NCBI GenBank assembly: GCA_013359225.1
Contig: JABWCG010000001.1
Span: forward strand, 6,410 to 70,409
Reading direction: 5' to 3'
Length of the DNA: 64,000 nucleotides
DNA from: Candidatus Buchananbacteria bacterium
GTDB taxonomy: Bacteria; Patescibacteriota; Patescibacteriia; Buchananbacterales; UBA6539
This document shows positions 37,656-46,075 of the stretch, piece by piece (position 1 is the first letter of the stretch; every line of letters starts with the position of its first letter). The translations under genes and the position numbers were made by a program. A model generated the notes under the pieces. That model made no database searches. It was not told where the DNA came from and worked only from the letters and a program-made list of their open reading frames with translations.

Positions 37656-38483
37656 ATGACTAAAAAGATAAGAATCGTTTTAATTTTTATTACAATAGTA
37701 ATTATTGTTTTGGTAACAGGTCTGGCAATTACCAAATTGACTGTTTTTGATACAGTTTCGGTTGACGAAAGTTTCAGGAAAAACGTCATGCAGGCAGTTA
37801 GCACTCATTACGACAATCCGTTTGAGCGTCTAGCCTTATGGCTAGGTGAAAGCCGTATCGTTTCCGCTACGCCTTTGAGCGCAGAAGTTGAATCTTTTAC
37901 TTTATTTAGAATTCCGCTAGGATTTTTGCGCGGTATGTCGGACATGAAGCTTGGCATATTTTTTAACCCGGCTGGTGATTGGTCGGCCAAAATTAGTTCG
38001 AGCGCTGTCGGTTTTGAGCTGGAGGAACAAGAGTCAAGCAAGCAGCAGGCAGATGATGATTTGTGGCAAACTGTTATTGATGATAATCAAGGCATTAAAT
38101 TTAAATATCCCAAACGATTGTTAGCTCAATATGTCTTTATTGTTGAATGGCCGCCGGTTGTGATGACGGATGCCAGCATTCAGGAATTAAATTGCCAGGA
38201 GACCGCGCCGGAAAAAAGTTTGTCTGCTCGGATAATCCGCCGGCAGGTTGACGACAGGGTTTACTGTGTCCACGCCGCAAGCGAAGGCGCGGCCGGGTCG
38301 GTTTATACTAAATACGCCTATTCAACGGTTTGGCATGAGCGGTTGGTTACGGTCAGTTTTGTTTTGCGATATCCGCAATGCACCAACTACGACGAGCCAG
38401 CGCAAACTGAGTGCCAAAATGAACGGGAATCTTTTGATCTGGACGCCGTAGTGGATAGAATCGTTTTGAGTTTGGAAGTTTAA
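37656..38483 (+). CDS. Membrane-anchored hypothetical protein
   Basis: N-terminal TM segment; C-terminal FKYP...SEGAAGSVY...PQC.NY domain with Cys residues. Confidence 0.7.
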   Translation: MTKKIRIVLIFITIVIIVLVTGLAITKLTVFDTVSVDESFRKNVMQAVSTHYDNPFERLALWLGESRIVSATPLSAEVESFTLFRIPLGFLRGMSDMKLGIFFNPAGDWSAKISSSAVGFELEEQESSKQQADDDLWQTVIDDNQGIKFKYPKRLLAQYVFIVEWPPVVMTDASIQELNCQETAPEKSLSARIIRRQVDDRVYCVHAASEGAAGSVYTKYAYSTVWHERLVTVSFVLRYPQCTNYDEPAQTECQNERESFDLDAVVDRIVLSLEV

Positions 38484-38577
38484 TCAGCTGTTTTTTTAAG
38501 ACATTTGGTCAGCACTATCTGAAAATGTCTTTTATTTATTTTTTTGCTATAATGAAATCAATTAACTCTATAAAAAT

Positions 38578-41061
38578 ATGAACCCTGAACAAAACGATAG
38601 TTCGCCGCAACTAACTCCTAACCGGGCCGGTAAAAATATCTACAAGTTTATTTTGCCGGCTGTTATTATAGCTATTTTGGCCGTTGCTGGCGTTATGTAT
38701 ACTTTTTTAATTAACACCAATAAAACAGATCAGGCGGTCAATAATACAAATCAGCAGGTGCATGCCACGCGCTGGAATTTTGGTTTGGTTCAGCCGGTAT
38801 TTGCTCAATCCGGACAGGAGAACGTTATGGTCAAACCGGCCGTGCCGTTTGCTAAGGTTTCAGTGGCGCAAATTGAAAATATTGGTAGCTTTACCGCCGA
38901 CAGTAATGTGGTGCTTTCTGATGATCAAAAAGCGGCTTTGGAAGATAGCGGCTTCTTTTTAGCCAGCAATGATTTAGTGGGCGAAGAACCCATTCGTGAC
39001 GATTTTGTTGACATGTATGACCAATTTGACGGTTCAAGCAATCAGTATTACCGTCAGGGCGACGATGCGGTGTTTATCACTAGCGACCTGGCATTGCATC
39101 TTTACCATATTTTAATTGATCGCAGTTTCCAAAGTATTGAAGAAACCAAGTTTCAGCCAATGCTGCGGGCAATGACCAAATCTTTGTTTGCTGATTCTCT
39201 TGAAAAATATAATACCGCTACAGCCCCGGCCTTAAAAGACTCGTATAAGCGGCTAGCCGTTTATTATTTAATTCCGCTAGTGGCGCTTGATGCCGGTAGC
39301 GTGTCAGCACAGGTGGATGTTGATCCGAAAGATTTTGATACTTTTGCCCAGTATCTTGATGCGGTGAAAGCAAAAAAAATAGAAAATAGCGCCGCCGATT
39401 TAACATTTTCATTGGCCGACAAGATTTATGACGGCCAAGTTTTAAGTGATGAGATTTATGATTTAGCCAGCGCGGAATTGGCATTGATTCAAAAGGCCGA
39501 AGGCAAAGCGCCGTCGCCGCTGTTTACGCCATTGCGGGTAGAATTTGAAAACGACTATTCTCAATTTAAACCGCGATCTCACTACACTAAAAATGATGTC
39601 TTAAAAAGTTATTTTGTGGCGATGATGTGGTACGGCCGCATGGGCTTTCCGTTGAACAGTCCGGCCCTGACCCGTGATGCGCTATTGATTACGGCTCAAA
39701 TTAACAATCTGAAAGTTAACGATCAGGATTTGTCAAAATTGTGGTCTGATATGGCGACGGTTATTGATTTTTTTGTCGGTGAGGTTGACGACTTGACCGC
39801 CTATCACTACACCGGCGTGATTAACGACGTATATGGCGCCGAAGTTACGTCCGAGAGTTTTGCTGATGAACAGCAATTGGATAATTTTATTGCTAAAGCT
39901 AAAAAGGATTTGCCGACCCCGAAAATTGTTTCTGAATTATTGTGGGTATTTGATAATGGCGGGCAGCGAGATGAGCTATTAGCCAGCACTAAGCAGTTTC
40001 GCTTTATGGGCCAGCGGTTTACGCCCGACGCGTATATTATTAATAATTTGACGCAAGGGGAAGGGCTGCCCGAACCAGAAACCGGTCAGATGTTGCCCTC
40101 AATGCCGACTGCTTTAATGTCAATGCATTTATTGGCGCCTGATAACGAGGTGGTGAAAGCCTATCTTGATCAGTGGATTAATGATCCGGTGCGAATCAAG
40201 CAGCAGGGCCGGCAGTCTGACAAGGTGATTGCGAAAGTGTTAGGTAGCTTGAAAGCGGAGTTTGCCGGGTACGATGCAGTTATTTGGTCAAAAAATATTT
40301 ACTGGCGCTGGCTGGATGCTTTTAAGGCTTTGTTGAAAAAGTATGGTGAGGGGTATCCGTCTTTTATGCAGACAGACGCCTGGCAAAAAAAGAATCTGGG
40401 TACGGCCTTGGGTTCGTTCACCGAGCTTAAACACGATACGCTGCTATATGCCAAACAATCATACGCTGAACTCGGCGGCGGGCCAGGTGAAAACCCGCAA
40501 TTGCCGCCGGTAGTAAAAGGTTACGTGGAGCCGGATTTGGAATTTTGGAACAAGATTATTGATTTGGCCGAAATCACCAAAACTGGACTTGAGAGCCGCG
40601 GCGTCTTTCCGGGCGACTACGAAACCAAATATGAGTTGTTTATTGATACCAGTAAATTTTTCCGCCAGTTGGCCGAGCAAGAACTAAAGAACGAAAAGAT
40701 TAGTGATGAAGATTTTGAGAAGCTTCGGACTATTAGTTTTACTTTAGGCCGGATTGTTGAGCCGATTCCTGGGCAAGAACTGACCAAACGAGAAAAGCGC
40801 GCTGGCATTATTGCCGATATTCATACGGACGGCATTAAAGGTCAGATATTGTATGAAGCAACCGGTAAACCGTATATTGCGTATATTGCTGTCAAAGATG
40901 CCAACGGCACTCGGTTGACGCGCGGCGTGGTGTTTAACCATTATGAATTCAGTGATAAGTTTGGTGAACGATTATCCGATGAAGATTGGCAGGCCACTGT
41001 TTATGAAGATAATGGTGTGTTACCTGCGGCTGACGCCTGGTCAACCCAGTTAATAAAATAG
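38578..41061 (+). CDS. DUF3160 domain-containing exported protein
   Basis: FITSDLALH.YH, DYSQFKPRSHYT, FRFMGQRFTPD, ELKHDTLLYAKQSYAE, GYVEP. Confidence 0.85.
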   Translation: MNPEQNDSSPQLTPNRAGKNIYKFILPAVIIAILAVAGVMYTFLINTNKTDQAVNNTNQQVHATRWNFGLVQPVFAQSGQENVMVKPAVPFAKVSVAQIENIGSFTADSNVVLSDDQKAALEDSGFFLASNDLVGEEPIRDDFVDMYDQFDGSSNQYYRQGDDAVFITSDLALHLYHILIDRSFQSIEETKFQPMLRAMTKSLFADSLEKYNTATAPALKDSYKRLAVYYLIPLVALDAGSVSAQVDVDPKDFDTFAQYLDAVKAKKIENSAADLTFSLADKIYDGQVLSDEIYDLASAELALIQKAEGKAPSPLFTPLRVEFENDYSQFKPRSHYTKNDVLKSYFVAMMWYGRMGFPLNSPALTRDALLITAQINNLKVNDQDLSKLWSDMATVIDFFVGEVDDLTAYHYTGVINDVYGAEVTSESFADEQQLDNFIAKAKKDLPTPKIVSELLWVFDNGGQRDELLASTKQFRFMGQRFTPDAYIINNLTQGEGLPEPETGQMLPSMPTALMSMHLLAPDNEVVKAYLDQWINDPVRIKQQGRQSDKVIAKVLGSLKAEFAGYDAVIWSKNIYWRWLDAFKALLKKYGEGYPSFMQTDAWQKKNLGTALGSFTELKHDTLLYAKQSYAELGGGPGENPQLPPVVKGYVEPDLEFWNKIIDLAEITKTGLESRGVFPGDYETKYELFIDTSKFFRQLAEQELKNEKISDEDFEKLRTISFTLGRIVEPIPGQELTKREKRAGIIADIHTDGIKGQILYEATGKPYIAYIAVKDANGTRLTRGVVFNHYEFSDKFGERLSDEDWQATVYEDNGVLPAADAWSTQLIK

Positions 41062-41062
41062 C

Positions 41063-42778
41063 ATGATTAAAAGTCACAAGAGGTTAGTTATTACCATAAT
41101 TGCAGGCCTGTCGTTAACAGGCCTGTTTGCTATTTTTTTAGTTTTGACCAGGCCGTCAGCATCAAGCGTCAGCGATATTCAACCGAAATTGCATTCGGCC
41201 AATCCTGATGATAAAGATTTTTTTGAAACGGCATATCACTTTGCCGACAAAAATATTGATCTGTCCGGTAAACGCGTCGTGGCGGGGATTATTCCACACC
41301 ACTTGCTTGCCGCTGACCTGATTGCTGATTTTTTCCATAATCTAGAAGGTCAAAATTATGATTCAATCATTTTGCTTGGTCCAAATCATTTTTTATCCGG
41401 CCAGTCAGATATTATTACTTCGGCGTATGATTGGCAGACGCCATACGGCATCCTGGAGCATGATGACGATACGTTGCATGATTTATTGTTTGTCTCCGGC
41501 CTGGACGTTGGTGTTGAGGAGAGTGTGGTGCAGGGTGAACATGCAATAAGTAGCGAAGTAGCTTTTATCAAAAAGACTTTTCCACAAGCTAAATTCACAC
41601 CGTTGATTTTGAAACCAGGGGTTAATCAACAGCAGGCAGTGGAATTAGCGGAAACGTTATTTAAAATTTCTCAGGATAAAAAGATTTTGGTTTTAGTTAG
41701 TGCTGATTTTTCTCACTATAAAACCAGTCAGGAGGCCCAGCGCGATGACGTTAGGTCAATTGCCGCGATTACTAATTTTGATTTTTCCAGCATCTACGAT
41801 ATAGATGTTGATTCGCCGCCGTCAATTTATACGCTACTTAAATTCAGTCAGCTGAACGGCGCCGGTTTTGAGCTTCTAGACAATTCTAATTCGGCGTTGT
41901 TGTCCGGGCGAGCAGATCTGACTAGTACGACAAGTTACGTGACGGGGTACGTTGTTTGGCAAGACATTAATTTATTGTTTGTGGGCGATATTATGCTTGA
42001 TCGGGGTGTAAAAACACTGATTGAACAGAAGGGATTTGAGTATATTCTTGATGACTTGGTCAGCAATAACTTTTTTGCCGATTATGATTTGGTTGGCGCC
42101 AATCTTGAAGGTGCGGTCACTGACGGCGGGCAGCACTATGAACCGGCCAAGGAATTTGATTTTGCGTTTGATCCGGCCGTTGTTGCCCGTTTGTCCGAAT
42201 ATGGGTTTAATTTTTTTAATCTTGCTAACAACCATTTTAATGACCAGGGGCAGCGGGGGATAGCGGAAACTAAAAAAAACTTAGCGGCGCTCGGGATTAA
42301 TTTTTCAGGTTGTCCCGATGCAACAATTTCGGCCTGCAGCTTAACTGTCATACCGGTTAAACATAAAAAGATAGGTTTGGTTGGACTGAATATGGCGGCA
42401 GGAAAAATTGATTCAGAAAAAGTGCGAGAGGCAATCAGTTCAGCTACGGCGGAAACGGATTGGATTATCGTGAACATTCATTGGGGTGAGGAATATGATA
42501 CCGCCGCTAATAAGCTTCAGCGGCAAATGGCGCATGAGCTAATTGACAGCGGCGCGGACGTGATTATCGGCCATCATCCGCACGTGGTCCAAGAAGTTGA
42601 AGTATACAAAAGTAAGCCCATTTTTTATTCTTTGGGTAATTTTATTTTTGATCAGTATTTTTCGGATTTTACCCAAGAGGGCTTGGCAGTTTCGTTGAAT
42701 ATTTCTAAGGCAGGAGTTGAGTATACTTTACATCCGTTTAAGGCAGCAAATGGCCAGCTTAGGTTGGAAGCCGATTAA
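41063..42778 (+). CDS. Memo (AmmeMemoRadiSam B) - CapA/PGA_cap metallophosphatase fusion
   Basis: Memo part: GIIPHH, LGPNH, EHAI, SADFSHY. CapA part: GDIMLDR, NLEG, LANNH, IHWG, GHHPH, YSLGNF. Confidence 0.88.
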   Translation: MIKSHKRLVITIIAGLSLTGLFAIFLVLTRPSASSVSDIQPKLHSANPDDKDFFETAYHFADKNIDLSGKRVVAGIIPHHLLAADLIADFFHNLEGQNYDSIILLGPNHFLSGQSDIITSAYDWQTPYGILEHDDDTLHDLLFVSGLDVGVEESVVQGEHAISSEVAFIKKTFPQAKFTPLILKPGVNQQQAVELAETLFKISQDKKILVLVSADFSHYKTSQEAQRDDVRSIAAITNFDFSSIYDIDVDSPPSIYTLLKFSQLNGAGFELLDNSNSALLSGRADLTSTTSYVTGYVVWQDINLLFVGDIMLDRGVKTLIEQKGFEYILDDLVSNNFFADYDLVGANLEGAVTDGGQHYEPAKEFDFAFDPAVVARLSEYGFNFFNLANNHFNDQGQRGIAETKKNLAALGINFSGCPDATISACSLTVIPVKHKKIGLVGLNMAAGKIDSEKVREAISSATAETDWIIVNIHWGEEYDTAANKLQRQMAHELIDSGADVIIGHHPHVVQEVEVYKSKPIFYSLGNFIFDQYFSDFTQEGLAVSLNISKAGVEYTLHPFKAANGQLRLEAD

Positions 42779-42805
42779 ATACACTTGGTCAGATTTGACT
42801 TTATT

Positions 42806-42840
42806 TTCATATATATGTAAGATACTTACATATATATGAA
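42806..42840. promoter_or_regulatory. 16-bp perfect inverted repeat, probable MarR operator
   Basis: TTCATATATATGTAAG-ata-CTTACATATATATGAA overlaps the -10 (TAAGAT; -35 TTGACT at 42795) and the ATG. Confidence 0.75.
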
Positions 42841-43273
42841 TCAATCAAAAAGAGAAAAACATATTGAAGATATTGTCGCCGGGTTTAAGGGCTTGTATCA
42901 GCAGCTGCATGCTTCATTTTTAATCGAACCAAACTCTTGCCCAATTACTCAATCGCAGTGGTTGGTGTTAACATTTATTGCCAAACACAGTAAGCCAACC
43001 ATCCGTGATCTTCGAACGGTTTTAGGTATCAGTAGTAGTGCGGTGACGCAACTGGTTAATATTCTTGAGAAAAAAGGGTATGTGGTTCGTCGGATCCATC
43101 CGGACGACGGCCGGGCTTCGATGTTGGAACTCTCGTCCCGGGCTCGAAAAACTTTTAATGCACTAAAGAATAGACGGCTAAAGGAAATTGCAAAACTTTT
43201 TGATATTTTTACCGATGACGAACTGCTTAAATATGTTGCGTTGCATCGCAAACTAACCGGACAAAATTATTAA
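42836..43273 (+). CDS. MarR family transcriptional regulator
   Basis: ITQSQWLVL and SSAVTQLVNILEKKGYVVR..HPDDGR. Confidence 0.93.
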   Translation: MNQSKREKHIEDIVAGFKGLYQQLHASFLIEPNSCPITQSQWLVLTFIAKHSKPTIRDLRTVLGISSSAVTQLVNILEKKGYVVRRIHPDDGRASMLELSSRARKTFNALKNRRLKEIAKLFDIFTDDELLKYVALHRKLTGQNY

Positions 43274-43277
43274 CACT

Positions 43278-44696
43278 ATGAAATCAAAAGCCTCAAAATC
43301 ACTTGAAGGTCCAATTTTTCAGTCATTAATTACTTTGGCAATCCCGATTGTTTTAGCAAATATTTTGCAGACAGCGTATCAGTTGACAGACGCCTTTTGG
43401 GTTGGTCGACTAGGTGGTGCGGCTGTCGCGGCGGTATCTGTTAGTTTTCCAGTGGTGTTTTTGCTAATCTCTTTGGGTGCCGGTTTTGCTATTGCCGGCT
43501 CAACATTGGTGGCGCAGTATTTTGGCGCACAAAATCATAAAATGGTAAACCATGTTGCGGCTCAGACATTACTGATGGTTGCGTTTAGTTCGGTGGTGCT
43601 TGGGGTGATTGGGTATTTGATTGCACCGGGGATTTTACGGTTGATGAATGTAGAACCGGTGGTGTTTGTCAGCGCCCTGGGCTTTATGCGGGTGTCGTTT
43701 TTGGGTATTGTTTTTATTTTTGGTTTCGCGATGTTCCAATCAGTCATGCGGGGTATCGGCGAAGTCACTATGCCAATGTATATTGTATTAGCAACGGTAT
43801 TGCTTAATTTCGTCCTTGATCCTTTATTTATTTTTGGTTGGGGCAGTGTCCCAGGATATGGGGTGATGGGGGCGGCAATGGCGACATTTGGAACGCAGGC
43901 GCTGGCGGCGGCAGTGGGGTTTATGCTGCTACTGACGGGGAAATATGGTATTCACTTGAAACTGTCTGATTTTAAACCAGACTACAAATTTATTAAAAAA
44001 GCTTTTTTTCTTGGATTTCCATCTTCCATTGAACAGTCGGCGCGAGCGTTGGGCCTGATGGTGATGACCTTTTTGATTGCCAGCTTTGGCACCCTGACGA
44101 TGGCGGCGTACGGCGTTGGTGCGAATATTCTTCAGCTGGTTATTATTCCTGGTATGGGCCTGTCGATGGCAATTTCGGTTTTGGTTGGACAAAATATTGG
44201 CGCCGGCAACATCAGGCGCGCTTCGGATATTGCGCGCTTCGGAAGCGTCTTTGCTTTTGCGAGTCTCACTATAATTGGGCTGGTGGCTTTTATTTTTGCC
44301 AGACAACTGATTACTTTTTTTGTCCCCGGCGATGAAATGGTTATTCAAACCGGGACAGCTTTTGTCCGCATTATGGCGCTAAGTTTTGGGTTTATGGGAG
44401 TACATTTGGCGCTCATGGGAGTATTTCGAGCGTCAGGAAACATGTTGGCGACTATGATTATTTCATTGGTTTCGCAGTGGGTGCTTCAATTTCCGGCTGC
44501 GTATTTGTTTTCTAAACACACCAGCCTTGGTGTTAGTGGATTATGGTGGTCATTTCCAGTTTCTAACGTTTTAATCGCTTTTATTACTGTTGCTTGGTAT
44601 GCTAAAGGGGATTGGAAGAAGAAGAAACTTACCACCGAGGACCGGCTGGTAGAAAAGGTGTCAGAAGAAATTATTATTGAGGAGGGGATAAGATAA
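43278..44696 (+). CDS. MATE family efflux transporter
   Basis: YQLTDAFWVGRLG, NFVLDPLFIFG, GQNIGAG. Confidence 0.94.
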   Translation: MKSKASKSLEGPIFQSLITLAIPIVLANILQTAYQLTDAFWVGRLGGAAVAAVSVSFPVVFLLISLGAGFAIAGSTLVAQYFGAQNHKMVNHVAAQTLLMVAFSSVVLGVIGYLIAPGILRLMNVEPVVFVSALGFMRVSFLGIVFIFGFAMFQSVMRGIGEVTMPMYIVLATVLLNFVLDPLFIFGWGSVPGYGVMGAAMATFGTQALAAAVGFMLLLTGKYGIHLKLSDFKPDYKFIKKAFFLGFPSSIEQSARALGLMVMTFLIASFGTLTMAAYGVGANILQLVIIPGMGLSMAISVLVGQNIGAGNIRRASDIARFGSVFAFASLTIIGLVAFIFARQLITFFVPGDEMVIQTGTAFVRIMALSFGFMGVHLALMGVFRASGNMLATMIISLVSQWVLQFPAAYLFSKHTSLGVSGLWWSFPVSNVLIAFITVAWYAKGDWKKKKLTTEDRLVEKVSEEIIIEEGIR

Positions 44697-44735
44697 TTTG
44701 GCAGCAGTAAGTTTCAATCATTAGGCTTTAAAAAT

Positions 44736-45836
44736 ATGACAGCAGAGTATAAACCAATACAATTTCCTGAAGATGAATCATCTCATGATTTCATCGTTGA
44801 GTGGTGGTATTTTAACGGGCACTTAACGGACCATAGCGGCAAGGAGTATTCGTTTATGAATTGTCTTTTTAAGGTCGACGTCAAAAAAGTTAAGATACCT
44901 TTTTTGAGCAAGGTGCCGTTAAAGATATCTTATTTTTCCCATTCGCTTGTCACTGATTTGGCCGCCCGGTATTTTTATCATCGTATTACGCCGTTTTCAA
45001 TTGTTTCTAAACTCAGCTTCACTAAGCCGCTGCTTTATGTGGAATACGTTAATCCGGAAATTAAAAAAAGTTATGATAATTGTCTGATTGAAAAAACCGG
45101 CGAATCAACCTATCGCGTAAAAAATGAAGACTTGGATTTATTGTTAACATCGGTTAAGGCTCCGTTGCTTGAAGGTGGCACCGGATTTCTTGATTTGCAG
45201 TCAAAAACCACCTATTACTACTCATTGACCAATTTGAAAACAAAAGGCCGGATAAAGATTAATGATGTCTGGATTGATGTCACGGGTAAGTCGTGGATGG
45301 ATCATCAATGGGCGAATACACAATATACCAAGGACCGCTGGGATTGGTTTTCAATTCAGCTAGATAACGACACGGAAATTGTTTGTTATATGTACGACGC
45401 CGGTAAAGTCAAAAATTATTTAGCAGATATCTCTTACCCCGACGGCCGGCAAGAACATTATGAAAAAATTAAAATAATCCCCGGCGACAGGGTATGGACG
45501 AGCCCTAAGAGTAAGGCAGTCTACCCTTTGGACTGGACGATAGAAATTCCAAAGGCAAAAATCAATTTGGCACTTCAGGCAAAAATTGATAACCAGGAAA
45601 TGCTGTTTGGCTCGATTAATTATTGGGAAGGTCCGCTGCGGGTGAGCGGTGAGTGTGCCGGCCAAAAAGTAACCGGCCTTGGTTTTATGGAGCTGGTCGG
45701 TTACCCGTCTGAATACAATAATGTCAAATATATTAAAGATGAGGTTAATAAGACTTTAAATAAGTTAGCTTCGTTAGCAAAAAGTAAAGCCGCCGATCTG
45801 ACAACTTATTTGAAAAACGATTTTTTTGATCAGTAA
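44736..45836 (+). CDS. Lipocalin-like CrtC/AttH family protein
   Basis: EWWYFNGHL, W.DHQW, WDWFSIQL, YWEGP, GFMELVGY. Confidence 0.85.
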   Translation: MTAEYKPIQFPEDESSHDFIVEWWYFNGHLTDHSGKEYSFMNCLFKVDVKKVKIPFLSKVPLKISYFSHSLVTDLAARYFYHRITPFSIVSKLSFTKPLLYVEYVNPEIKKSYDNCLIEKTGESTYRVKNEDLDLLLTSVKAPLLEGGTGFLDLQSKTTYYYSLTNLKTKGRIKINDVWIDVTGKSWMDHQWANTQYTKDRWDWFSIQLDNDTEIVCYMYDAGKVKNYLADISYPDGRQEHYEKIKIIPGDRVWTSPKSKAVYPLDWTIEIPKAKINLALQAKIDNQEMLFGSINYWEGPLRVSGECAGQKVTGLGFMELVGYPSEYNNVKYIKDEVNKTLNKLASLAKSKAADLTTYLKNDFFDQ

Positions 45837-46075
45837 ACACCATTACCGTCAGTTGATTTTAAGCCTAAAACTCCGGGTCTGTTGCCCGGTTTTTAGGTAT
45901 TCAAGGTATTTTTGTAACTTTTTTGGTGTTTTTAGGTATTATATGGTGGGTGAGAGAATTTTTATTTTTTGAAAATTTAGGCCAAGTCGGCAGAATTTCT
46001 TGTTGACTAAGTCGGATTTTGGTATAATTTAGGTGTGTTATATATTAACTTTTGTTTATTATTCACTAAAAAAAT

